From positions 248,001 through 312,000 of IMG/VR virus record IMGVR_UViG_3300035698_035310: DNA of 64,000 nt; one strand, 5' to 3'. Positions within the stretch are counted from its first letter, which is position 1, and each line of letters starts with the position of its first letter. The translations under genes and the position numbers were made by a program. This document shows positions 1 to 8,720 of the stretch, piece after piece. The notes below the pieces were generated by a model. It ran no database searches and was not told the DNA's origin. It saw nothing but the letters and a program-made list of their open reading frames with translations.

Positions 1-141
1 AGGCACCTTACCAAACTTCGAGCAAACATGAATAGTAAATTGAGGTGCGGCAACAAATTAACCGCCGAAGGTGCTAGAGCACTTGTAACTGCATTAAGCA
101 TTGAAAGCGAATGGGTCGATACACCAATAGTATTCGATTAG
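1..141 (+). CDS. 3' end of hypothetical protein (starts before window)
   Basis: Frame 1 is open from base 1 to TAG at 139-141, directly followed by the next promoter. Confidence 0.6.
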   Translation, partial: RHLTKLRANMNSKLRCGNKLTAEGARALVTALSIESEWVDTPIVFD

Positions 142-144
142 TGC

Positions 145-173
145 TTGACAGTGGTTCAGTTAGTTGCTATAAC
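145..173 (+). promoter_or_regulatory. sigma70-type early promoter (representative of ~30 similar promoters between 145 and 16470)
   Basis: TTGACA-gtggttcagttagttgc-TATAAC; near-identical -35/spacer/-10 blocks precede most genes of the left 16.5 kb. Confidence 0.85.
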
Positions 174-198
174 AAGGCAACAGATAAAGGACAATCAA

Positions 199-807
199 AT
201 GAAAACGCTTCGTAAAAAACTTCTTGAACTTGAACAGATAAATGTTGATCTGCACAAACTCAAAGCACCCATCGATAAGAAACTTAAAAAGAATTGGGAA
301 GCGATCAAAGTCGTCAGAAAATCTATTGATGAAGAAGACATTGCGACAATGCTCAAGTTAGGCGTTGATTGGAAATTTCTTTTGAAACCGGCTAATGATT
401 TTGGCAGTACCGAGATGTATAATTATTTCGACACCCAAGTGCATGAATTGGGAATGCATTCCGGCGGACGCTGGAGAGACACGCGACAGCCAGTGGTGTC
501 AATCATGCTAACACATGGCGACGAGAAAAGCCTTATGAATAACATCGCAGGAGTTAAACTTCTTTCACCGTTTTATGAACAGGTTGACGGTGCGGTTCCG
601 TTTGCAATATTTGATCATGGTTTGTCAGAATATGCAGTATATTCAATGACTTATAACCCAACAACCAATGAAGTTATTCTAAAGACATTGCGTCATGGCA
701 GAACCGAAGAGAATTTCCTTGGGGCGTTGCCGGATGCTATGAAGCACATACAAGATCATCATTGGTATGATGGGAAAGAAGAAGATCATGACGACGATGA
801 TTATTAA
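199..807 (+). CDS. hypothetical early protein
   Basis: ORF; start moved to the ATG after AAGGA because the track start lies inside the promoter. Confidence 0.75.
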   Translation: MKTLRKKLLELEQINVDLHKLKAPIDKKLKKNWEAIKVVRKSIDEEDIATMLKLGVDWKFLLKPANDFGSTEMYNYFDTQVHELGMHSGGRWRDTRQPVVSIMLTHGDEKSLMNNIAGVKLLSPFYEQVDGAVPFAIFDHGLSEYAVYSMTYNPTTNEVILKTLRHGRTEENFLGALPDAMKHIQDHHWYDGKEEDHDDDDY

Positions 808-872
808 TTAGTGCTTGACAGCGATTTGGATAACTGCTATACAATGATCATCTTAAACAAAAGGTGGACAAC

Positions 873-1079
873 ATGACCGACAAACCAAAATTCTTATTCG
901 AATATACAGTTGTGTATTCAAAAGGTGCAACGTCAGCACGGTCTGATCTTAAAGACCGAGTCGAAGAACTTCTTAATGATGGATGGGAGTTGGCTGGCGG
1001 TGTTGCTATGAATGAAACCGATAAATTGTTCAGTATATGTCAGGCATTAACCAAAAAGGTGGAACTTCACTATGATTAA
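873..1079 (+). CDS. DUF1737-like small protein
   Basis: V..LL.DGWELAGGVA...QAL.K pattern. Confidence 0.6.
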   Translation: MTDKPKFLFEYTVVYSKGATSARSDLKDRVEELLNDGWELAGGVAMNETDKLFSICQALTKKVELHYD

Positions 1080-1314
1080 TACATTTGCAAAAGGCGACAG
1101 CGTTCGCGTGCATCATCAGTATACGCATTTCACCACCATTGGTGTTGATATGACTGTCACCGACGTTGTCATTGAAGACGTTGACGGCGAACTGGTAACG
1201 TTTTATGAAACCAATAAGCCATGTTCAGTTAATGGCCCATATTACAACGACTTTGAGTTGGTCAAACTGGACGATACATCGAAACCATTTATCTTTAAGA
1301 TGGCAATCGCATAG
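1072..1314 (+). CDS. hypothetical protein
   Basis: ORF overlapping the previous stop. Confidence 0.65.
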   Translation: MINTFAKGDSVRVHHQYTHFTTIGVDMTVTDVVIEDVDGELVTFYETNKPCSVNGPYYNDFELVKLDDTSKPFIFKMAIA

Positions 1315-1331
1315 CTTCCATAGCAAAATAG

Positions 1332-1369
1332 CCATAGCACCTATAGGAAATAACCTATAGAAGCTATGG
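1332..1369. promoter_or_regulatory. 38-bp palindromic operator-like site, copy 1
   Basis: CCATAGCACCTATAGGAAATAACCTATAGAAGCTATGG, 9 bp upstream of a -35 box. Confidence 0.6.
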
Positions 1370-1432
1370 TTTTTTCACTCGACAATGGTATAGTTAATTG
1401 GTATAACTGTATCAACTTGAAAAGGAACCGTT

Positions 1433-1717
1433 ATGAAATTCACATACAGAACACGCCACATTCCTTCTGGATCAATATCAGATACCGATGTTGAATGCTA
1501 TACCGAAGTTGATTTTTTACGGTACTTGAACAAATGGAATGTTGAAGGTAGGGGTTGGTATATATACACCGCTGTTAGCATAACGAATCATTTCCCAATG
1601 GCAGGCGCTGCACACGCCCTGAGTAATACAGTTATCGTCCGTAAACCATTGCGCGATATGGATGGAGTCAACGCGGACGGTGGATACTGGCAGTCAATTA
1701 CCGAAACAACCCATTAA
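1433..1717 (+). CDS. hypothetical early protein
   Basis: ORF with AAGGA SD and its own promoter. Confidence 0.7.
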   Translation: MKFTYRTRHIPSGSISDTDVECYTEVDFLRYLNKWNVEGRGWYIYTAVSITNHFPMAGAAHALSNTVIVRKPLRDMDGVNADGGYWQSITETTH

Positions 1718-1738
1718 CATTAACAAAAGGGAACGATC

Positions 1739-1954
1739 ATGACCGACAATAAACGAAAGACTGAACTCGATGCCGCTGACATAGCCAAGATCATCGGAAC
1801 TATTTGTGGTCTTATTGCAATCGCTTTTGCAATGTGGCATCTTGGCAGTTGGATTCATTGGGAATACTTAACCAAGCCGCATGTTCTCGATGCGATGTGT
1901 GAAGTTATCGACCCGGCGACGTTCAATGACCCGACAATTTGTCATCGGGAATAA
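1739..1954 (+). CDS. small membrane protein
   Basis: One hydrophobic segment; SD present. Confidence 0.65.
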   Translation: MTDNKRKTELDAADIAKIIGTICGLIAIAFAMWHLGSWIHWEYLTKPHVLDAMCEVIDPATFNDPTICHRE

Positions 1955-2063
1955 GTGTGTCATAAATGACACAGGTGTGATATAATTATCACACATTGAA
2001 AACTGCCTCGATTGGTGGTGTATTCATACCGATAAAAAAAGATAAGTCAACCTAAAATAATGG

Positions 2064-2116
2064 TTGACTTATCTATTGACTCTGTTATTATACTGGTAGG
2101 GAGGGATGACCTTTTT
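2064..2116 (+). ncRNA. promoter + AGGGAGGGATG tiny-RNA unit, copy 1
   Basis: TTGACT(2064)..TATTAT(2086), AGGGAGGGATGA at 2098-2109, then T-run; no real ORF. Confidence 0.6.
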
Positions 2117-2201
2117 ATAAATAAAATGATTAAAATAAGGTGTTGACTATGATTCACTTATCCTTTATAACTGAACCAACGCTTTAACAAGGAGATTTTT
2201 T

Positions 2202-2432
2202 ATGAGTGTATTCAAAGACGTTCCAAAGATTGTTTGGACTAATTTTTATTTGGTCGTTGATACGGCGGAGTTGGAATATGTCGATAATGGACGCGCTTAT
2301 CGTGTTAAAGATGATTTTTTGAAAGAAGAATATCTTACCGCCAAGTCAGAAGGATGTTGTGGATTTTTCGACACTGTTATCTTTGACGATATTGGTGACG
2401 AATGGATGGTTGGTTGCAATCACGGGCATTGA
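2202..2432 (+). CDS. hypothetical protein
   Basis: ORF with AAGGAG SD. Confidence 0.7.
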   Translation: MSVFKDVPKIVWTNFYLVVDTAELEYVDNGRAYRVKDDFLKEEYLTAKSEGCCGFFDTVIFDDIGDEWMVGCNHGH

Positions 2433-2445
2433 AAGGAATTAAATC

Positions 2446-2652
2446 ATGATACATTGTAGATTCAGGGATATTCGAGGTATGGGCATTGAAGTCGTTAGAG
2501 TCGATCAAGTGCCACCCGTTGATGATATAATTACAATCAATTATGTTATGTATGAAATATTTTCACGCGAATGGTCGGTGATCGATGCTGAAAAAGATAC
2601 GCGAATGCTTGCTTGTGATGTATGGTTAACGGAATATAAAAAATCAAGATAA
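2446..2652 (+). CDS. hypothetical protein
   Basis: ORF with AAGGA SD. Confidence 0.65.
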   Translation: MIHCRFRDIRGMGIEVVRVDQVPPVDDIITINYVMYEIFSREWSVIDAEKDTRMLACDVWLTEYKKSR

Positions 2653-2712
2653 TGTGTTGACTCTGGTTTGATTGTTCTTTATAACTTAATAATCAAACCA
2701 AGGAGAGATACA

Positions 2713-2913
2713 ATGTTAGTTCAATTATCCGGTAAAACAAACCACGGCAAAAACCGTATTCGTGAACATGGTTCGAGTTGGATGGTTCAAGACCTTCCGA
2801 CTGGTGTAATATCAGCAAACCCAATGCCTACCCGCAAAACCCTAGTGTCTGTTTTAACAGGCGCGGAACGTTGGGTGAGTATGACAAACGATAAAGATTT
2901 TATTATCGCTTGA
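2713..2913 (+). CDS. hypothetical phage protein
   Basis: AGGAG SD; GKNRIREHG..W motif. Confidence 0.7.
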   Translation: MLVQLSGKTNHGKNRIREHGSSWMVQDLPTGVISANPMPTRKTLVSVLTGAERWVSMTNDKDFIIA

Positions 2914-2972
2914 CTCTGATTCGATTGTTCTTTATAACTGAATAATCAAAACAACCCCGAAGGATTAAGCAA

Positions 2973-3311
2973 ATGACAGGCATGAATTTTTCAGTATATC
3001 GTAACGGACGCGGCGACACTACTAACGGCGGCGTTTCCAGTTATCACGAGTCGCTGAACGTATGCGCCGAAGGCATTGCGGAAATCTTTGACGCGACGTA
3101 TGACACTCCAGCGGTTGCGCTTGTTATTCGTAATGTTTGCAACACCGCTTTTCCGATCATCGTTCCCATTGACAGCACTGAGGCAGGTGGGACAGAGCGT
3201 TACATGTTCGGCGGTAACTTTGCATGGACTTCCGATTCCCGTGTTTCGGAATGGTTGGAAGAACGCGGATTTACAAACGCCCCAATCAAAATATTTGACC
3301 GACAGGAGTAG
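2973..3311 (+). CDS. hypothetical phage protein
   Basis: DTTNGGVSS, MFGGNF..TSDSR and PIKIFDR.E motifs. Confidence 0.75.
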   Translation: MTGMNFSVYRNGRGDTTNGGVSSYHESLNVCAEGIAEIFDATYDTPAVALVIRNVCNTAFPIIVPIDSTEAGGTERYMFGGNFAWTSDSRVSEWLEERGFTNAPIKIFDRQE

Positions 3312-3314
3312 GCA

Positions 3315-3419
3315 ATGAGAAACGAAGGCACACTCGAAGAACGATATGAAATTTATAAAACCAACGCGGAACTTTTGGGTTGGTACATTAAAACTTTTGA
3401 TGAATGGATGAACAGCTAA
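3315..3419 (+). CDS. 34-aa small protein MRNEGTLEERYEIY...KTFDEWMNS
   Basis: Below track cutoff; AGGAG SD 6 nt upstream; followed by a terminator hairpin (3426-3450). Confidence 0.65.
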   Translation: MRNEGTLEERYEIYKTNAELLGWYIKTFDEWMNS

Positions 3420-3465
3420 AAAGGAGACGGGGTTCGCCCCGTTTTCTTTTAGGTATATATTCCAG

Positions 3466-3518
3466 AAAAAACTCATCCCTCCCTACCGTAATAATACCAC
3501 AATCAACCAAAGAGTCAA
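3466..3518 (-). ncRNA. promoter + AGGGAGGGATG tiny-RNA unit, copy 2
   Basis: Minus strand TTGACT-N16-TATTAT-tacggt-AGGGAGGGATGAGTTTTT (motif 3473-3484). Confidence 0.6.
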
Positions 3519-3529
3519 GCGTTAAAGAC

Positions 3530-3652
3530 AAAAAAAGACCCGCCAATTATTAGCGAGTCTTTTTTCTTTCTCAGGGTACGCCCTCCGATAGCCGAAGGGC
3601 AAAATGAATTCGCTACTTAACCGATCCCTCAATTATTTTCGCTGCATCAGAA
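3530..3652 (-). ncRNA. candidate ~120-nt sRNA A
   Basis: TTGACT(3686-3681)-N17-TATATT promoter, internal hairpin 3580-3600, terminator 3530-3560, no ORF. Confidence 0.55.
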
Positions 3653-3762
3653 GTTATAATATACCACCTACATTAAAAAGAGTCAACATCTATTATTCGC
3701 TTGACTATGGTTCAGTTATGTTCTATGTTTAATCATCAATAACAAATAGAAAGGTTTCAACC

Positions 3763-4308
3763 ATGAAAATCAAACACGCAAAATTCGGACTGGCAGCAAA
3801 GAACATCAAGGTATCTGATACGGATGATGGATATATGTGGAGTGCATCTTTTTATCTTGATGGTGCAAAAATTGGAACTGCACACGATCAAGGGCATGGC
3901 GGCGAAATGAATACACGCGGCATAGATAAAACGGCAATGGCGAAAATCGAAACATATGCGGCAAGTTTGCCACATGATACCACTTACGGACTCGATATGG
4001 CACAAAGTGCCGAAATTGTTCTTGAAGAAAACGCAATGAGTACCGATTCATTCAACAGCGTTCTAAAGAAAACAAAAGCCGCATTGCGAAAGAAAGTTAT
4101 GGCAAAAGGTAATAAAGAAGGAATTTTTCGCACTTGGAAAATTCCCACTGGTATGACTGCTGAAACGAAAATGACTAAACTCCGCGAACAAAAAATCGGT
4201 GAAACGTTTGAATTTTTGAACGAACTACCACCAGAAGATGCAATGGATTTTCTTTATGTGGTTGAACCAGAACCCGATTTTAGCAAGCCGTTTGAACTGG
4301 TAACATAA
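3763..4308 (+). CDS. hypothetical early protein
   Basis: F/W.A..YLDG.KIG.A.D.G.GG motif; own promoter and terminator (4317-4345). Confidence 0.75.
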   Translation: MKIKHAKFGLAAKNIKVSDTDDGYMWSASFYLDGAKIGTAHDQGHGGEMNTRGIDKTAMAKIETYAASLPHDTTYGLDMAQSAEIVLEENAMSTDSFNSVLKKTKAALRKKVMAKGNKEGIFRTWKIPTGMTAETKMTKLREQKIGETFEFLNELPPEDAMDFLYVVEPEPDFSKPFELVT

Positions 4309-4315
4309 GTAAAAC

Positions 4316-4417
4316 AAAGGGTGGGGATATTCCCCATCCTTTTTTACATCCATTAACATCCATAAAATGCTCATCCCTCCCTATCATCACAATACGACCT
4401 AACTGTATCAAAGTCAA
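4316..4417 (-). ncRNA. promoter + AGGGAGGGATG unit, copy 3 (extended, GGA-rich)
   Basis: Motif 4371-4382, followed by AUGGAUGU x2, AAGGAUG and a bidirectional terminator. Confidence 0.6.
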
Positions 4418-4481
4418 CACTTATTTTTCACTTGACATATAATATTTTAATGGTATTATACTTACAGAAAGGACAAAAATT

Positions 4482-4787
4482 ATGAAACGATTATTAGTAA
4501 TAGCCGCAGCATTATTAATTATTTCTTCTAATGTTGCAAAAGCAGAACCAGAAATCACTTATGAGAAATGCACTTCATCGTTGGTGAATGGATTTACATC
4601 TGGTATAACTGCATTCAAATGCAATGACAAATACTCCCTTCCGAGTGCATTCATGTATAAGTGTTCGTATATTGAAAAATATCCTAACAATAAAACACTT
4701 GTGGAAGAATGTGAAATATTTTTGAAATCATTGAAGGCTAAACGCCTCAGTCGATTAATGCGCCAAGGTAAAAAAATATCAATATAA
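4482..4787 (+). CDS. exported Cys-containing protein
   Basis: Signal peptide MKRLLVIAAALL...AKA. Confidence 0.65.
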   Translation: MKRLLVIAAALLIISSNVAKAEPEITYEKCTSSLVNGFTSGITAFKCNDKYSLPSAFMYKCSYIEKYPNNKTLVEECEIFLKSLKAKRLSRLMRQGKKISI

Positions 4788-4797
4788 GGAGTCGACC

Positions 4798-5049
4798 ATG
4801 CGATCCAATGAAGTAATATTTTACAGAACCATAAATATATTTTTTGGTATATATCAATGGTTTACCGAACATGATTTTCTACGTTGTTTCGCGATAGGAT
4901 TGTCATCTTTATATCTTCTTATCGCGTTTATATCGTGGGACTTAATGTGGGTTTCGTTTGTTACAACGGATGCCAGATTAGAATTCGTGTTTTATACGTT
5001 TATTTCCATCGTTATTTCTTGGGCAGTTTGGGGAATTAAATACAAATAA
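4798..5049 (+). CDS. small membrane protein
   Basis: Two hydrophobic segments; AAGGAG SD. Confidence 0.65.
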   Translation: MRSNEVIFYRTINIFFGIYQWFTEHDFLRCFAIGLSSLYLLIAFISWDLMWVSFVTTDARLEFVFYTFISIVISWAVWGIKYK

Positions 5050-5113
5050 TCATTGACACCGCCTATCTTTCTTGCTAAGTTCTAATCATCAATCAAACAA
5101 AAGGAACTGAACC

Positions 5114-5374
5114 ATGAAATTCATATATAAAGATTTAACAGTTTGCGATTTCGATGCGATGTGTGATATGTTCGCGTCAAACTGCGAAGTGGTCGATTAC
5201 GTTTATTATGACGGCGAATACGTTGTCGGTGATATCACCGGTATAACAAGTGACCGCCGTTTCGTGTTAAGTGTGGATGGCGTTGGAACTGAATTGTATT
5301 CTAATGCTGGCACGATGTTCGCCGTTGAAGATTATGGTTCTGAAATGCAGGTTCGTATTATTTCTATAAAATAA
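5114..5374 (+). CDS. hypothetical protein
   Basis: Own promoter and SD. Confidence 0.7.
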   Translation: MKFIYKDLTVCDFDAMCDMFASNCEVVDYVYYDGEYVVGDITGITSDRRFVLSVDGVGTELYSNAGTMFAVEDYGSEMQVRIISIK

Positions 5375-5377
5375 CTG

Positions 5378-5428
5378 TTGACTCTGGTGTAGTTAGTTCG
5401 TATATTAACTACACCAGAACAAAGGAAC
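5378..5428 (+). repeat. promoter stem-loop cassette, exact 51-bp repeat of 13154-13204
   Basis: TTGACTCTGGTGTAGTTAgttcgtatatTAACTACACCAGAACAAAGGAAC. Confidence 0.85.
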
Positions 5429-5433
5429 TGAAT

Positions 5434-5649
5434 ATGCAAAACGCAATCGAACAAGCGACGCACCTCGGAATTCAATCATTTAACTCGGGCGAGTCGCTTG
5501 TGCCATTCCGCAATAATTCATTGATGGATTTGCTGGAAACACAACGAAATCGCTCATGGGATTGCACCCCGATTTTAACTGCATATCAAAACGGATTCAT
5601 AACCGCGCAACAATCTGCGCCCGTACCGGAGGAATTGTTAGTTGCGTAA
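5434..5649 (+). CDS. hypothetical protein
   Basis: Own promoter and SD. Confidence 0.7.
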   Translation: MQNAIEQATHLGIQSFNSGESLVPFRNNSLMDLLETQRNRSWDCTPILTAYQNGFITAQQSAPVPEELLVA

Positions 5650-5715
5650 AAACCCCTTGACTCTGGTTCAGTTAGTTGCTATAACTGTATCAACTTAACC
5701 CGAAAGGAACACACA

Positions 5716-6141
5716 ATGTCTGATGAACTTCCAGTAACACAAACGAAAATCTTGCGCGAAGGTTTTGTCGCATGTTATGAACACAGAATATGGGGAACTG
5801 GATATTTGGACTCCAGCGGCGGAGGTAATTCATTTGTTCAAAAATTGCCCGATAACAAAATTCGTGACGATATTGAAAAGGCTAATAACGACGCCAAAAG
5901 CATCAAATCGATGACAAATTATTATGGCAAAGAACAGGTATCATTCGATACAGTTAAGGTCGTTTATTATATGGAACGTGCCACACACACAGACGTCACG
6001 AATGAAACCGTGTTGAAAAATTTCATCGCTGAACGCGCCTTGAAAAAACTATCCGAGGCCGAAGTCGAAGCACTTCAAGAATATTATCGATCAGCGGCGA
6101 TCAGCGAAGATGATGGTCGCCACGGAATGCAAACCCGATAA
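5716..6141 (+). CDS. hypothetical protein
   Basis: Own promoter and SD; C-terminal AL.KLS..E.EAL motif. Confidence 0.7.
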   Translation: MSDELPVTQTKILREGFVACYEHRIWGTGYLDSSGGGNSFVQKLPDNKIRDDIEKANNDAKSIKSMTNYYGKEQVSFDTVKVVYYMERATHTDVTNETVLKNFIAERALKKLSEAEVEALQEYYRSAAISEDDGRHGMQTR

Positions 6142-6211
6142 TAACTGTTGACAATGGTGTAGTTATATCGTATAACTACATCAACGTTTAACCACTTAAA
6201 GGATTTCAATC

Positions 6212-6748
6212 ATGGGAACTTGGGCTGTACCATTTACCGAAAAACAAGCAAACGAACTTCGTGTTATCATGTCAAAGCATGTTGACGTAAAAGACGCCGC
6301 CGAGGTATTTTATAATTATGTTGGCGATGATGGGTTGTTTGATTTGTTCATTGATACCGAACGCAAAAATGGTTCCGAACAAGATTCTCGTGCGTATGTT
6401 ATGGATCATTTACAAACTTGGTTTGGTGCAACTGGTGATAGCGAACAGGTTCGCAAAGATTGGAATTTTAGCCAAAAATTCGAACCGGGCGCACTTGATA
6501 TCATTCGCCTAATGCTTACCGATTGGCATTTGGATACTACATTTCCAAAATGCACAGAACTAAGCGCGACAAGTATGTTAAACGGTCTTGCGCAAATGTT
6601 GGAGACCGATGGTTGGGATTCATTGAGAGAAACCGGCGTCGAAATTGAACAAATAAGTGTTGCGCTGAATGGCATCATGTATTTAACCCTTGGCGATGGT
6701 AGCGGAAATAGAAAGGCGTTTCGTGTTTCTGTTGTTGACGACGAATAA
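6212..6748 (+). CDS. hypothetical protein
   Basis: Own promoter and SD. Confidence 0.7.
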   Translation: MGTWAVPFTEKQANELRVIMSKHVDVKDAAEVFYNYVGDDGLFDLFIDTERKNGSEQDSRAYVMDHLQTWFGATGDSEQVRKDWNFSQKFEPGALDIIRLMLTDWHLDTTFPKCTELSATSMLNGLAQMLETDGWDSLRETGVEIEQISVALNGIMYLTLGDGSGNRKAFRVSVVDDE

Positions 6749-6814
6749 CCCTTGACACTGGTTCAGTTAATCGCTATAACTTAATCAACGAAACACCAAC
6801 AGAAAGACAATCAA

Positions 6815-7111
6815 ATGTCAATCGGACAAACAATCATTAGCCAGATCAACGAAATCGATTTTTGGGCACGCGCCCGTTGGGGTGTAACCGGTGGAACTGG
6901 ACGAAGACCCATCAAAATCGAGAACGGCGTTAAGTTCAAAACGTGCGGAATAGTTAAGTGGAAAGGTTGGGTTTCAATTACCCTGAACGGTATGGACACT
7001 TATGATATCTCATTCTTTCGTATTCGTGCCGGTGAAATTAGGGTTGACAAGGTGGTTAATAATGTTTACAATGACCAACTTGTAACAATCATTGACGAAC
7101 AGGTTGGTTAA
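6815..7111 (+). CDS. hypothetical phage protein
   Basis: TI..QI...V.ITL...DTYDI.F...VYNDQL pattern. Confidence 0.7.
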   Translation: MSIGQTIISQINEIDFWARARWGVTGGTGRRPIKIENGVKFKTCGIVKWKGWVSITLNGMDTYDISFFRIRAGEIRVDKVVNNVYNDQLVTIIDEQVG

Positions 7112-7112
7112 A

Positions 7113-7283
7113 ATGGATATACTTTTAAGTTTTTTCTTCGGATACATATATTTAATATGTTTTATGGTTAGAATATCATGGATTGATACATTTCCAATTA
7201 GGAATTGGAAAGATTTGATCTTGCTTCAAACTTCCACTTATCGCCATTACGACGGCACGGAATCTAAATCTAGGAAATACTAA
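7113..7283 (+). CDS. small membrane protein
   Basis: Hydrophobic N-terminus; stop overlaps the next start. Confidence 0.5.
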   Translation: MDILLSFFFGYIYLICFMVRISWIDTFPIRNWKDLILLQTSTYRHYDGTESKSRKY

Positions 7284-7546
7284 TGACTGAATATCGCATT
7301 GTAACAACACATGATGAAACCAAAGTGACGATTGACGAGCAAACTGCGAGTCAGCTTGCATTGGCTTCAAATGGTGAATGGACACACGAAACCTTTACGA
7401 AGGCTGGTAAATGCAGAGTCCTTGTATTTACTGAAAACCATTCATTGGCTGAACGCGACTATTGGGGCAACGCCAAAATGGTTGTATATATCAATCCTAA
7501 CGATAAAATGGTTGTTATCGAAAAAGACTTGACACTGTATCGCTAA
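7283..7546 (+). CDS. hypothetical protein
   Basis: ORF with AGGA SD. Confidence 0.65.
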   Translation: MTEYRIVTTHDETKVTIDEQTASQLALASNGEWTHETFTKAGKCRVLVFTENHSLAERDYWGNAKMVVYINPNDKMVVIEKDLTLYR

Positions 7547-7591
7547 GACGCTAAGTTCTAATCATCGAAACACAAACAGAAAGCAAAACCA

Positions 7592-7873
7592 ATGACCGAC
7601 GAAACCGAAACCCCCGAATTGATTTCAGTTACAGAATTTTACAAACGGACGGTTAGTTTCCGTGAAAAATTCGGAACCAAACTCGAGCCGGAAATGTATG
7701 CAAATCTCAGCAAGATGTATACGATATCCTACTTTCGAATGGATAACAAAGACCCAATGTGGGACGTCGCCGTTGAGATCTATCAATCAACTATCGATGA
7801 ATTTCATCGCCGTATGGAAATGATGGGATACCCCGACATCACTGAATATGAAATGGTCGAAGACAATGGCTGA
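7592..7873 (+). CDS. hypothetical protein
   Basis: Own promoter. Confidence 0.65.
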   Translation: MTDETETPELISVTEFYKRTVSFREKFGTKLEPEMYANLSKMYTISYFRMDNKDPMWDVAVEIYQSTIDEFHRRMEMMGYPDITEYEMVEDNG

Positions 7874-8072
7874 TTCAGAACGCGACTGTTTGCTGGTGTT
7901 CGCTGGTGAAACTCATTATCCCCTTGGTGGTTACGAGGACTGTAAAGGTATGTTCACCAGCGAAGCGCAAGCAATGGAACACATCGCAAAAATACATTGT
8001 GAATGGTGGCAAGTGTGTCGCATGGATGAACTAATTGGTATGGTTCTTATTAATAGCGGCAAACGAAAATAA
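7866..8072 (+). CDS. hypothetical phage protein
   Basis: LLVFAG..HYP.GG..D.KG.F motif. Confidence 0.65.
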   Translation: MADSERDCLLVFAGETHYPLGGYEDCKGMFTSEAQAMEHIAKIHCEWWQVCRMDELIGMVLINSGKRK

Positions 8073-8136
8073 GTGCTTGACAGTGGTTCAGTTAATTGCT
8101 ATGTTAAATCATCGAAACGAACAAAGGATGACCCAG

Positions 8137-8382
8137 ATGAGAAAAACAATTTTTGCTAACGTTGATCGCAAGCCTCACCAAGCACCCGGCGGCGAGTTTG
8201 AAGTTTTCGACACCGCCACTTCGATGACTATGACGACGGGTATGGGTTGGAAGGCAGCATGGGAAGAATTCGATAAACTCCACGTTGACGGCGATAACTT
8301 AGACGTTCGCCCAAGCACCCCAATTCCTGTTGTTGGTTTCGTTGGTAATATCAATCCGTTATTGTTGACCGAATTTCGTTAA
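8137..8382 (+). CDS. hypothetical protein
   Basis: Start reassigned downstream of the promoter at 8076. Confidence 0.65.
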   Translation: MRKTIFANVDRKPHQAPGGEFEVFDTATSMTMTTGMGWKAAWEEFDKLHVDGDNLDVRPSTPIPVVGFVGNINPLLLTEFR

Positions 8383-8491
8383 AAGTTTCATGGTAAACTA
8401 AGGGTTTTCCCCTACCCGGTGAATTGAGCGCAAGTTCTTCATCGGGATTTTTTTGTCTTGACATTATTAAAACGTCGTGGTATAGTTAAAT

Positions 8492-8605
8492 CTAAATAGG
8501 GTGAAAGTTCAGTTAGACCTAGTTCAAGTAGCCCGAACATTATAAAGATGAATAATTCTTAAACAAACATAAAGGGAAACACCGGAATGATTCCGGTGTT
8601 TTTTT
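8492..8605 (+). ncRNA. candidate ~115-nt sRNA B
   Basis: TTGACA(8458)-N17-TATAGT(8481) promoter, terminator AAACACCGGAatgaTTCCGGTGTTTTTTT, no ORF. Confidence 0.6.
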
Positions 8606-8614
8606 GTCTGGAAC

Positions 8615-8652
8615 CCATAGCATCAACAGGTTTTTTCCTATAGCATCTATGG
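8615..8652. promoter_or_regulatory. 38-bp palindromic operator-like site, copy 2
   Basis: CCATAGCATCAACAGGTTTTTTCCTATAGCATCTATGG, 10 bp upstream of a -35 box. Confidence 0.6.
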
Positions 8653-8720
8653 AATTTTCCCCTTGACTCCTATGGCTTTACTTGCTATGGTTCTATCAAT
8701 TCAAACGAAAGGACAATATT

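Noticed and set aside
3309-3317. TAG GCA ATG puts ORF 2973 in frame with the 34-aa ORF; similarly ClpP TAG GAA ACA ATT ATG at 49625-49639
   Set aside because: In both cases the downstream ATG has its own SD and the upstream protein looks complete; an in-frame junction arises one time in three by chance.
2991-3476. Long minus-strand ORFs starting MSFFWN (also 10747-11073)
   Set aside because: They are antisense to real genes and run through terminators; the similarity comes from the shared motif and T-run.
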